Source: an uncultured candidate division Zixibacteria bacterium (GTDB lineage: Bacteria; Zixibacteria; MSB-5A5; UBA10806; 4484-95). From it: a stretch of DNA of 64,000 bases. The notes under the pieces were generated by a model. That model saw only the letters and a list, made by a program, of their open reading frames with translations. It made no database searches and was not told the origin of the DNA. The translations under genes and the position numbers were made by a program. Shown here in pieces: positions 36,696-45,620 of the stretch; the first letter of the stretch is position 1; each line of letters opens with the position of its first letter. Where the stretch lies: positions 640,001 to 704,000 of the forward strand of contig CAXXKA010000006.1 of the NCBI GenBank assembly GCA_963668625.2, read 5' to 3'.

Positions 36696-37598
36696 ATGCC
36701 TGATATTTCAGCTCCATCCGAAAAAAAAATTAAGCTTATAGTTAATCGTATTCATAATCTTCCGACTCCGCCAATCGTGTTTACGGAGGTAAATAAGGTA
36801 CTCAGTGATCCGAAAACTTCTGCTTATCAAATCGGAGCTATCATATCGGAAGACCCGGCGCTATCGGCCAAAGTCCTGAAATTAACCAATTCATCGTTTT
36901 ACGGTATTCCCAGAACCATTAACAGTGTCAAACAGGCGATCGTAATTCTGGGGTTGGATGTTGTCAGGAGTCTGGTACTCTCGGCCTCCGTATTCGAGGC
37001 GTTTTCCAAGCAATATAAAATCGAGGCTAACTATCTGGATGAGTTCTGGCGTCATTCGCTATCGGTGGCTTTTATGGCCAGGATAATATCCAGGATGAAA
37101 AATTTTCCGTCGTTCCTCGAGGCCGAGGAGTCTTTCTCCGCCGGTTTGTTGCACGATATCGGCAAGCTGGTGATGTTCGCTCATATGCCGGAAAAGTACA
37201 GTGAAATCCAGCAAATGCTCAAACAGAGCCCCTGGCAGGAATCAAGCGGTATCGAGGAGGAGTTGCTCGAATTCGATCACTCTATGGTCGGTTACTACCT
37301 GGGTGAAAAATGGAATCTGCCTGCCGGACTGGCGAACTCTATCAGATATCATCATAATCCCGAGGATGAGGAAGAACAGAGTCTGACTACATATATAATT
37401 CATCTCTCCAACTACCTTACACGGAAAGCCGAATTAGAGGACTCGCAGGTCGAACTGGGAGAAAATGAAATTTATTGCTCGCCCCAGGCCTGGGAAAAAC
37501 TCGGCATTGACCCCGATCAGGAAGAGAATATGATTCAGTTGCTCAGGACCGAGTATATGAAAGCTGAAACGTTCTTGAACATGGCTCGTGGAACCTGA
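36696..37598 (+). CDS. HDOD domain protein
   Basis: [49 protein letters not shown]...IRYHH.P. Confidence 0.95.
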   Translation: MPDISAPSEKKIKLIVNRIHNLPTPPIVFTEVNKVLSDPKTSAYQIGAIISEDPALSAKVLKLTNSSFYGIPRTINSVKQAIVILGLDVVRSLVLSASVFEAFSKQYKIEANYLDEFWRHSLSVAFMARIISRMKNFPSFLEAEESFSAGLLHDIGKLVMFAHMPEKYSEIQQMLKQSPWQESSGIEEELLEFDHSMVGYYLGEKWNLPAGLANSIRYHHNPEDEEEQSLTTYIIHLSNYLTRKAELEDSQVELGENEIYCSPQAWEKLGIDPDQEENMIQLLRTEYMKAETFLNMARGT

Positions 37599-37972
37599 TG
37601 TTTACCACAATCACGGAACATCAAAAACAGATTATAAAAGAACTGGTCGATGAGATCATCGTTAATCGTGGCATATTAAAGGTGCGACAGCATCTAAATA
37701 ATGTCGATGGTATGAAAGCCGATGAGTTGCACCGTCAGGCTTTTAGATATTATAAAATGATAATGCGGGGGGAAAGCCCGCTGGATATCGATAGGCATCA
37801 TGAGCATAAATTTCCGGTTAAAGATTCTCAAACCGCTATTTTGCCGAATTCTTGCATTGGATGCAATCAATCTCTCAGCGAAAACGATATAAAATCGAAT
37901 ATGCCGGTTTGTGTCGCCTGCCGGGCCAAAGTAAAGGTCGACTACGAGATTCTACGTGAGTTATTCCATTAG
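37598..37972 (+). CDS. hypothetical protein with C-terminal CxxC...CxxC zinc finger
   Basis: CIGC...CVAC. TGATG coupling to the HDOD gene. Confidence 0.7.
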   Translation: MFTTITEHQKQIIKELVDEIIVNRGILKVRQHLNNVDGMKADELHRQAFRYYKMIMRGESPLDIDRHHEHKFPVKDSQTAILPNSCIGCNQSLSENDIKSNMPVCVACRAKVKVDYEILRELFH

Positions 37973-38128
37973 AAATTGTCTCTAAGACTATGTATATAAT
38001 ATTGTTAGAAGTGCCGTCGAGTAACCCCGACTAGGGGAGAAGGTTACTATTTCTATTAATTTTTATGGTTTTTTTCCGAACTATTCCTTATAGATATTGT
38101 TTATTAAGTCGAAAAGGCTAATTTTTAC

Positions 38129-38156
38129 TTGACTGTTGGCGACGAATAATTATTAT
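38129..38156 (+). promoter_or_regulatory. sigma70-type promoter of tRNA-Val
   Basis: TTGACT-N16-TATTAT. Confidence 0.55.
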
Positions 38157-38174
38157 TCCAAGCGACAAGGAGAT

Positions 38175-38251
38175 GGGCGATTAGCTCAGTTGGTTAGAGT
38201 GCTTGCTTGACATGCAAGAGGTCACTGGTTCAATTCCAGTATCGCCCACCA
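38175..38251 (+). tRNA. tRNA-Val(GAC)
   Basis: GGGCGAT/ATCGCCC acceptor, anticodon arm CTTGC-TTGACAT-GCAAG, T-loop TTCAATT, encoded CCA. Confidence 0.97.
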
Positions 38252-38302
38252 TTTTCGAAAATAAAAAATTGTGATTTAAGACTATTTGAAATAATTTGAT
38301 CT

Positions 38303-38333
38303 GACCATCCTCAACGAGGGGTGGTCTATTTTT
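38303..38333 (+). terminator. intrinsic terminator-like hairpin between tRNA-Val and thrS
   Basis: GACCATCCTC-aac-GAGGGGTGGTC followed by TATTTTT. Confidence 0.55.
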
Positions 38334-38345
38334 AATTGGATTAAA

Positions 38346-40277
38346 ATGAAAATTACCTTTCCGGATAAATCAGTAAAAGAATTCGACCGGGGTACCACCG
38401 CCTTGCAGGTGGCCGAATCGATCAGCTCACGCTTGAGGAAAGAAGCGCTGGTTGCCGAGGCAAACGGTCGAATGATAGATCTCAGCCGGCCTTTGAACGA
38501 GGATACCGAGCTGAATATCTATACCTATAAAGATGCTAAGGGGCAGGAGGCATTCTGGCACTCCTCGGCTCACCTTATGGCATCGGCAATAATGAAGCTG
38601 TTCCCCGAGGCGAAACTCGCTATCGGGCCGGCTATCCCCGATGATTTCTCTGCTAAATTCTACTATGATATCGACCTTGATCATAAGCTCAGTGAATCCG
38701 ATCTCGAGGCTATCGAGGCCGAGATGCAGAAAATAGTCAAAGAGGATCAAGTCTACCAGCGCAAAGAGATGCCCAGAGCAGAGGCAATTGCCTATATAAA
38801 GGAACGTGATTCCAACGATCGCTACAAACTCGAGATGGCCGGAGAGTTCGAGGATGAGACCCTTACTTTCTACTCTCATGGCGATTTTATCGATATGTGT
38901 CGCGGCCCGCATATACCATCCACCGGCAAGATTAAAGCATTCAAGCTCTTAACCGTAGCCGGCGCGTACTGGCGCGGGGATGAGAAGAACAAAATGCTTC
39001 AGCGAATCTACGGCGTATCGTTCCCCTCCAAAAAGCTTCTGGATGAGCATCTGGGGCGAATAGAGGAAGCTAAAAAACGTGACCACCGTGTGGTAGGCAA
39101 GGCTCTCGATCTGTTTTCGATAGCCGAGAATATCGGGCCCGGTCTGGTGTTATGGCATCCAAAAGGCGCGATTATCAGGAACTTGATAGAAACTACCTGG
39201 AAAGATATGCATATCAGGGATGGTTACGACCTGGTTTATACGCCTCATATGGCGCGTTTAAAACTCTGGGAGATTTCCGGTCACGCCGATTTTTACACTG
39301 AGAACATGTTCAAACCTAACGAGGTTGAGGGTGATCTCTACCAGATCAAGCCGATGAATTGCCCGTTTCATATAGAGATATATAGAGGTGATATCCGGTC
39401 GTTCCGTGATCTGCCGATTAAATATGCCGAGTTAGGCTCGGACTATCGCTATGAGCGCTCAGGTGTTCTTCACGGCCTGATGAGGGTACGCGGTTTTACC
39501 ATGGATGACGCTCATATATTCTGTACTCCCGAACAGATTCATGAACAGATACTAGAGGTATGCGATCTGTCAATAGAGATGCTGAAACTTTATGGTTTCA
39601 ATGATTTTCACATATACCTCTCGACCCGACCCGAGAAATATGTCGGAGAGCCCGAACAGTGGGATATGGCCGAGGATGCGCTGAGAAAAGCCCTGGAGGA
39701 ACGTAAATTCGAATATGATGTCGATGAGGGCGGTGGCGCGTTCTACGGTCCGAAAATCGATATCAAAATAAAAGATTCCATCGGTCGCCTCTGGCAATGT
39801 TCGACTATACAGTTCGATTTCAATCTACCCGATAGATTCGATATATCGTATGTCGACAGCGACAACAAAGCCAAACGACCATATATGGTTCATCGCGCTA
39901 TATTAGGCTCGCTGGAGAGGTTTTTCGGAGTGCTGATAGAGCATTACGGCGGCGATTTCCCGATTTGGCTTGCTCCAGTGCAGGTGCGGGTGCTGCCGGT
40001 TGTCGATGAGGTAAACGAATACGCCGATGAACTGGTCGAGTTTTTCAAATCGGCTGGAGTTCGCGTCGAATCCGATTTGCGCAATGAGAAAATAGGTTAT
40101 AAAATACGAGAGGCTGAAACCGGTAAAATTCCGTATATGTTGATAGTCGGAAAAAAAGAGCTTCAAGAAGGTATAGTTTCCGTCCGAAAACATAAACAGG
40201 GTGATACTGGATCATTCGATCCTAAAGAGGTGTTAGCCGAGGTGTTAAGAAAGATAAAGACCAAAACGGTTGATTAG
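38346..40277 (+). CDS. thrS: threonine--tRNA ligase
   Basis: HSSAHLMA, DMCRGPH, GAYWRGDE, KPMNCPFH, YRYERSG.LHGL.RVRGFTMDDAH, AFYGPKID, HRAILGSLERF. Confidence 0.99.
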   Translation: MKITFPDKSVKEFDRGTTALQVAESISSRLRKEALVAEANGRMIDLSRPLNEDTELNIYTYKDAKGQEAFWHSSAHLMASAIMKLFPEAKLAIGPAIPDDFSAKFYYDIDLDHKLSESDLEAIEAEMQKIVKEDQVYQRKEMPRAEAIAYIKERDSNDRYKLEMAGEFEDETLTFYSHGDFIDMCRGPHIPSTGKIKAFKLLTVAGAYWRGDEKNKMLQRIYGVSFPSKKLLDEHLGRIEEAKKRDHRVVGKALDLFSIAENIGPGLVLWHPKGAIIRNLIETTWKDMHIRDGYDLVYTPHMARLKLWEISGHADFYTENMFKPNEVEGDLYQIKPMNCPFHIEIYRGDIRSFRDLPIKYAELGSDYRYERSGVLHGLMRVRGFTMDDAHIFCTPEQIHEQILEVCDLSIEMLKLYGFNDFHIYLSTRPEKYVGEPEQWDMAEDALRKALEERKFEYDVDEGGGAFYGPKIDIKIKDSIGRLWQCSTIQFDFNLPDRFDISYVDSDNKAKRPYMVHRAILGSLERFFGVLIEHYGGDFPIWLAPVQVRVLPVVDEVNEYADELVEFFKSAGVRVESDLRNEKIGYKIREAETGKIPYMLIVGKKELQEGIVSVRKHKQGDTGSFDPKEVLAEVLRKIKTKTVD

Positions 40278-40288
40278 GAGGAATTTTA

Positions 40289-40810
40289 ATAGTTAAGGGA
40301 CAAGGTCCGCGAACACGGATCAACGAAAAAGTGCGCGCCCCGGAAGTTAGACTGATTAATTCTGACGGCAAGCAAGTAGGGATTGTGAGTTCACGAGAAG
40401 CGCTGGATATTGCCCGCGAACAAGAACTCGATCTGGTTGAAATAGCAGCCAACGCAAAACCGCCGGTCTGCAAAATCATGGATTATGGAAAATACCAGTA
40501 CGAGCAGACCAAGAAAGCTAAAGAAGCGAAGAAAAAGCAACACACAATTACTGTTAAGGAGATGCGTTTCCGGCCTAAAACAGAGGAACATGACTATAAC
40601 TTCAAGCTTAAGCATATTAGGTCTTTCCTCGAACAGGGGAATAAAGTTAAGGTGTTCGTCCAGTTTAAGGGTCGCGAGCTAGCTCATAAAGAGTTGGGCG
40701 CCAAGATATTAGACCGGGTTAAGGAAGACCTGAGCGATATTGCTGATCCTGAAACTAATTCGGTCTGGGAGGGCCGGAGAATGTCCCTTATCTTCAACCC
40801 TAAGAAGTAA
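40289..40810 (+). CDS. infC: translation initiation factor IF-3 (non-canonical ATA start)
   Basis: In-frame ATA lies 7 nt after AGGAGG and restores RINEKVRAPEVRLI. DLVEIA.NAKPPVCKIMDYGKY. Confidence 0.97.
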   Translation: MVKGQGPRTRINEKVRAPEVRLINSDGKQVGIVSSREALDIAREQELDLVEIAANAKPPVCKIMDYGKYQYEQTKKAKEAKKKQHTITVKEMRFRPKTEEHDYNFKLKHIRSFLEQGNKVKVFVQFKGRELAHKELGAKILDRVKEDLSDIADPETNSVWEGRRMSLIFNPKK

Positions 40811-40859
40811 ATAAGCCATCTGTTTAATAAACTAGTTTAATTAAAATGGCTTATTTTTT
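40809..40859 (+). terminator. long hairpin plus U-tract after infC
   Basis: AAATAAGCCAT...ATGGCTTATTT-TTT with an inner TTTAAT/ATTAAA stem. Confidence 0.55.
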
Positions 40860-40860
40860 G

Positions 40861-40889
40861 TTGCGTAATAAATTGTTTTGATATATATT
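40861..40889 (+). promoter_or_regulatory. sigma70-type promoter of rpmI-rplT
   Basis: TTGCGT-N17-TATATT. Confidence 0.5.
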
Positions 40890-40913
40890 GCGCCCTCAAA
40901 ATGGGAGACAGAG

Positions 40914-41111
40914 ATGCCAAAAATTAAGACAAATAGATCGGCGGCTAAGAGGTTTAAGAGAACCGGCTCCGGAAAAGTAAAACGGAATCACCAAAACCTC
41001 AGTCATATCCTGACTAAAAAGCCGAAAAAACGTAAACGTCACTTGAGAAAGTCTGAAATCGTCGTTAAGGCCGACATGAAGCGTGTCGACCGGATGATTC
41101 CTTATAAGTAA
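40914..41111 (+). CDS. rpmI: 50S ribosomal protein L35
   Basis: [21 protein letters not shown]...HILTKK. Confidence 0.98.
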   Translation: MPKIKTNRSAAKRFKRTGSGKVKRNHQNLSHILTKKPKKRKRHLRKSEIVVKADMKRVDRMIPYK

Positions 41112-41123
41112 TAGGGAGTATTA

Positions 41124-41474
41124 ATGCCACGTGCGACTAATAATGTAGCTGCCAACAGACGCCACAGAAAAGTTCTGAAAGCGGCTAAAGGCAATTATGG
41201 TGGTAGGAGCAAACTGTATCGTACCGCCAAAGAGACAGTCCAAAAAGGCAGAGACTATGCCTATCGCGACCGTCGTAACCGTAAAAGAGATTTCCGCAGA
41301 CTTTGGATAATAAGGATTAACGCTGCCGTAAGGATGCATGGTATGAGCTATTCGAGGTTTATCGATGGCTTGAATAAAGCCGGCATCACATTAGACCGAA
41401 AGATACTGGCCGATCTGGCTGTCAGGGATTCCGGTGCTTTTGGGCAGTTGGTTGAGACTATAAAAGCCGGCTAA
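41124..41474 (+). CDS. rplT: 50S ribosomal protein L20
   Basis: [24 protein letters not shown]...SYSRFI...[10 protein letters not shown]. Confidence 0.99.
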   Translation: MPRATNNVAANRRHRKVLKAAKGNYGGRSKLYRTAKETVQKGRDYAYRDRRNRKRDFRRLWIIRINAAVRMHGMSYSRFIDGLNKAGITLDRKILADLAVRDSGAFGQLVETIKAG

Positions 41475-41533
41475 ATGCCGGAATCTCTTTAGTCATTAAC
41501 ATATATTTAGGATATTTCCGTAATTATTAATAG

Positions 41534-42547
41534 ATGGAAGATTTACTTAGTCAATTACAGGAGTTCGAAAAAACCGCTTTAGAGAAAATCGCCAACGCTA
41601 AATCTAAGGATGATTTCGAAACCCTACGCATTGAGATACTCGGCCGGAAAGGTAAGTTAGCCGACTATTCGAAAATGCTCGGCAAGGCGCCGAAAGAATT
41701 AAAACCAAAACTGGGCGCCGAGTTAAATCGTCTTAAAAAACTCTTCCAGGGTAAAATCGATGATGGAAAATCTGGCACGGCCGGCGAAAGCTCTGCCGAT
41801 TTTTTCGATTATACATTGCCTGTAAGGTCATCATTTATCGGAAATAAACATCCACTACTAAAAACTCTCGATGAAATGTTACATATTTTCCACGGAATGG
41901 GATTCGAGATCGCCTCGGGCCCGGATATCGAGACCGATTTTTTCAATTTCGATGCCTTAAACACGCCCGATGATCACCCCTCAAGGGATTTATCCGATAC
42001 GTTCTATGTCGATAAAGGCGTTTGCTTGCGAACGCATACCTCGCCGGTTCAGATTCGCACCATGCAGAATCAGGAACCGCCGGTACGTATTGTCGCTCCG
42101 GGCAGATGTTATCGTTCGGATACGCCTGATGCCTCACATATGCCGGTGTTCTACCAATGTGAGGGGCTGTATGTGGATAAAGGCGTAACCCTGGCCGATA
42201 TGAAAGGCACTATCACTGCTTTTGCCCAGGCTATGTTCGGCAAGGGGGTCAGGGTCAGGTTCAGGCCTCATTTCTTTCCCTTTACCGAGCCCTCTGTGGA
42301 GTATGATATTTCCTGCGTTATTTGTGGCGGCAAAGGTTGTCGTGTATGCAAATATAACGGCTGGCTGGAGATTTCCGGAGCGGGTATGGTCGATCCCAAC
42401 GTGTTCGAAGCGGTTGGCTACGATCCCGAGAAATACACCGGTTTCGCCTGGGGGATGGGGGTTGATAGAATTACCATGATCCGTTACGGTGTTACCGATA
42501 TCAGGTTGCTTTACGAAAATGATATCAGGTTCTTGAGGCAGTTCTAA
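41534..42547 (+). CDS. pheS: phenylalanine--tRNA ligase alpha subunit
   Basis: NFDALN.P.DHPSR, LRTHTSPVQIR, RFRPHFFPFTEPS, GAGMVDP, GFAWGMG. Confidence 0.99.
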   Translation: MEDLLSQLQEFEKTALEKIANAKSKDDFETLRIEILGRKGKLADYSKMLGKAPKELKPKLGAELNRLKKLFQGKIDDGKSGTAGESSADFFDYTLPVRSSFIGNKHPLLKTLDEMLHIFHGMGFEIASGPDIETDFFNFDALNTPDDHPSRDLSDTFYVDKGVCLRTHTSPVQIRTMQNQEPPVRIVAPGRCYRSDTPDASHMPVFYQCEGLYVDKGVTLADMKGTITAFAQAMFGKGVRVRFRPHFFPFTEPSVEYDISCVICGGKGCRVCKYNGWLEISGAGMVDPNVFEAVGYDPEKYTGFAWGMGVDRITMIRYGVTDIRLLYENDIRFLRQF

Positions 42548-44934
42548 TGAAGATTAGCTATAACTGGTTAAAGGAATTCATAGATTTCGATTGCTCGCCC
42601 GAAGAACTGGCGGGTGTCATGACTGTCACCGGCTCCGAGGTAGAAGCAATGGAAGAAGTCGGCGCCTCGCCCGAGGGGATCGTAACGGGGAAGGTGCTAA
42701 AAGTAGAAAAACATCCCGATGCCGACCGCTTGACTGTTTGTACCGTGGATGTCGGCTCCGAGACTTTAACCGCCGTTTGTGGAGCGCCTAATGTCGCCGA
42801 GAACCAGAATATAATATTCGCAAAAGTCGGCGCTGTTTTAGCCGATGGCACGAAACTGAAACGAGCGAAAATACGAGGTGTGGAATCTTTCGGCATGATA
42901 GTGGCCGAGGATGAGATCGGTATTTCGGATGACCACGGCGGTATAATAGTATTGGATAAGGGTGTAAAGCCCGGCATCGCTATTTCTGAAATAGTTAATC
43001 TTAAAGATTATATATACGAATTGGAGATAACCCCGAACCGACCTGATTGCCTGTCGCATCTGGGAATGGCCAGGGAGATTAAAGCCAAATTGGGCGGTCG
43101 GATAAAATACCCGAGTTTCGAGGTCGAGGAATCCGCCCCGGCAACAGGGAATGATCTGAAAATCGAGATCGATGACCCGGATGGTTGTCCTCGTTATACC
43201 GGCAGGCTGATTTCGGGTGTGAAAATCGCCCCCTCGCCGCTATGGTTGAAAGCCAGACTGCATAGTTTAGGCGTTCGGCCGATCAGCAATGTGGTTGATA
43301 TAACCAATTATGTGTTGATGGAAACCGGCCAGCCGCTTCACGCTTTCGATAATAGCTTCATAGGTACCGGTAAAATCGTGGTCAAAAGAGCCATGGCCGG
43401 CGAGAAATTTATCACCCTGGATGACCAGGAACGCACTTTAAATGCCGAGCATCTGCTAATTACGAACGGGGAGAAAGCAGTTGCTTTAGCCGGTATTATG
43501 GGCGGCCAGAACTCCGAGGTGAACGATAATACGACCGATATACTGCTTGAATCGGCTTATTTCGATGCGGTGGTAACCCGCCGCGGCGCAAAAGCTCTAA
43601 AGATGTCTACTGAAGCCTCACAAAGGTTCGAGCGCGGCGCTGATATCGAGATGGCTCCCCGGGCCAACAACCGTGCCTGCAGCCTGATAGCCGAATTAGC
43701 CGGTGGCAAGGTCCATGAGGGCCTGGTCGATACCTACGTGAAGAAATTCGTACCGGTCGAAATCGCTTTCCGGCCGGAGCGCGCTAATAGCGTATTGGGT
43801 TTCGATATCAAAGCTGATAATATGCTAAGTATTTTCGATGGCCTCGATATCACTTACGAAAAAAGCGAACCGCTGAAAGTCATCCAGCCGTCATTCCGTC
43901 CCGATTTAGTCAGGGAGATCGACCTGGTAGAGGAGATTGCCAGGATATATGGTCTGGATAATATCGAAAATAGCTACCGTCCCGGAGGAACATTAGAAAC
44001 CGAGATCGATCCGAAACTGCGATTCAGGAATAACCTGCGCGATTATTTGGTTAGCCGCGGATTTTTCGAGGCGTTCTCCATTACGCTGATTGATAGTAAG
44101 CAACTTCAAAAGATTAATAATGATGCTAAAACCGTATCCTTGATGAACCCGTTGTCCGAGGAGATGTCCGATCTTCGGCCGGACTTGATTATTTCCATGC
44201 TTAAAATACTAAAGCATAATATCAATTTTGGAAACAAGGATGCTAAATTATATGAAATCGGCTCCGCTTATTTGCCAAACGGCACGGAGCGTCCGGATGA
44301 ACCTGCATATATATGTATAGGGACAACCGGTAACGAACGCCCAACGAGCTGGCATCACACGGAAACACCGGGCGATTTTTACTCGATAAAAGCCGAGTTG
44401 GAGGCTATAGCTGAGTATTTCAAACTGGGTAAGTTGCAGTTGGCGCCGCAGGGAAATCCTTATTATAATGATGAGCAGTCCTTTAAGATTTATATAGATA
44501 ATGATAAAAAGATACTGGGTGTCGTTGGCAAGGTATCGAAAACCACCGCCAAGACAATAGGATTAAAGCAGGATAGCTATATCGCCCAGCTTGATATTGA
44601 TTTGATTGCCGAACTTGCATTAAAGCCGATGAAATTTTCCGAGCTGCCGAAATTCCCCTCAACCGACAGGGATATAGCGCTCGTAGTCGATAACAATATA
44701 CCGGCATTGGATATCATAAACTCGATTTATAAAGCGGGCGGTAAAATAGTTGTTGATGTTTTCCCGTTTGACTTGTATAAAGGTGAAAATATTGCAGAGG
44801 GTAGAAAGAGTATTGCCTTTAGGATCATCTACAGGTCCGATGATAAAACTCTCACCGATGCTGAAACCGATAAAGTACATGATAGAGTAGTAAAAGAGGT
44901 CACGAAAAGCTTTGGTGCTGAATTAAGAGCTTGA
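42547..44934 (+). CDS. pheT: phenylalanine--tRNA ligase beta subunit
   Basis: HPDADRL, CGAPNV, EITPNRPDCLS, VVDITNYV, RFERG, RPDL.REIDLVEEIARIYG, FP..DRDIA. Confidence 0.99.
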   Translation: MKISYNWLKEFIDFDCSPEELAGVMTVTGSEVEAMEEVGASPEGIVTGKVLKVEKHPDADRLTVCTVDVGSETLTAVCGAPNVAENQNIIFAKVGAVLADGTKLKRAKIRGVESFGMIVAEDEIGISDDHGGIIVLDKGVKPGIAISEIVNLKDYIYELEITPNRPDCLSHLGMAREIKAKLGGRIKYPSFEVEESAPATGNDLKIEIDDPDGCPRYTGRLISGVKIAPSPLWLKARLHSLGVRPISNVVDITNYVLMETGQPLHAFDNSFIGTGKIVVKRAMAGEKFITLDDQERTLNAEHLLITNGEKAVALAGIMGGQNSEVNDNTTDILLESAYFDAVVTRRGAKALKMSTEASQRFERGADIEMAPRANNRACSLIAELAGGKVHEGLVDTYVKKFVPVEIAFRPERANSVLGFDIKADNMLSIFDGLDITYEKSEPLKVIQPSFRPDLVREIDLVEEIARIYGLDNIENSYRPGGTLETEIDPKLRFRNNLRDYLVSRGFFEAFSITLIDSKQLQKINNDAKTVSLMNPLSEEMSDLRPDLIISMLKILKHNINFGNKDAKLYEIGSAYLPNGTERPDEPAYICIGTTGNERPTSWHHTETPGDFYSIKAELEAIAEYFKLGKLQLAPQGNPYYNDEQSFKIYIDNDKKILGVVGKVSKTTAKTIGLKQDSYIAQLDIDLIAELALKPMKFSELPKFPSTDRDIALVVDNNIPALDIINSIYKAGGKIVVDVFPFDLYKGENIAEGRKSIAFRIIYRSDDKTLTDAETDKVHDRVVKEVTKSFGAELRA

Positions 44935-44959
44935 AGTGAATTTCTTAATATGTTATAAT
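44931..44959 (+). promoter_or_regulatory. sigma70 extended -10 promoter of zapB-zapA-rny
   Basis: TTGAAG-N17-TATAAT with TG at the extended -10 position. Confidence 0.7.
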
Positions 44960-44970
44960 AAGGCAAGTTG

Positions 44971-45276
44971 ATGGATACTACAAAAGAAAATATAGATGGA
45001 AGCATCCAAAAGCTGGAGACCATAGTATTATCTGCTGTCTCTGAAATTGGCGAGCTTAAAGAAAATAACAATAAGCTTCGTAGCGAAATCAATGAGCTGA
45101 AACGCTTGTTGGCGTTAAGCGAGAAAAAAGCTGAAAGACTTCGCGGGGAGTTGGACGAGATGAAAAATAACGGCCAACAATCCTGGCAAAATCGCGAGAA
45201 AGATATCAAGAACAGATTGGTTCGTCTTTCCGCTAAAATTTCGGCGTTCGAAAATAATTATTCAATGAAGAGTTAA
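44971..45276 (+). CDS. zapB: ZapB-like coiled-coil cell division protein
   Basis: LE......I.ELKE.N.KL coiled coil, between pheT and zapA. Confidence 0.65.
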   Translation: MDTTKENIDGSIQKLETIVLSAVSEIGELKENNNKLRSEINELKRLLALSEKKAERLRGELDEMKNNGQQSWQNREKDIKNRLVRLSAKISAFENNYSMKS

Positions 45277-45313
45277 CCTTTAATATAGATAGATTGGGGA
45301 GATCGCTAATTCA

Positions 45314-45592
45314 ATGGATCAAAGCAGGCTGAAAGTAACGATTTTCGGCAAAGACTATGCACTCAAGGCTGATACTAGCCATGAATATATAAATGAAACC
45401 GCCCGGTATCTTGACAGCAAAATGAACGACATAGCCGATAAACACGGCGATCAATCCGATACGCGGCTGGCGGTTTTAGCCGGTTTAAACATCACGGATG
45501 AATTGTTTAGACTTAAAAAGCAAGTACCAGCAAACCTTGAGGAAAAAATCAATAATCTTGCCGAAATCCTTCAAGCTGCTTTAGACGAATAG
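45314..45592 (+). CDS. zapA: cell division protein ZapA
   Basis: VTIFGKDY.L, A.YLDSKM..I, RLAVLAGLNITDELF. Confidence 0.95.
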   Translation: MDQSRLKVTIFGKDYALKADTSHEYINETARYLDSKMNDIADKHGDQSDTRLAVLAGLNITDELFRLKKQVPANLEEKINNLAEILQAALDE

Positions 45593-45620
45593 CTATCTCG
45601 CCATCGCCTGAGGAGGCGTA

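Noticed and set aside
38252-38345. T-box riboswitch for thrS
   Set aside because: The leader is under 100 nt and lacks the T-box consensus.
41475-41533. pheS attenuator or leader peptide
   Set aside because: 59-nt AT-rich gap without a Phe-rich mini-ORF or alternative hairpins.
45593-45620. 6S RNA, often found after zapA
   Set aside because: The zapA-rny gap is only 28 nt.
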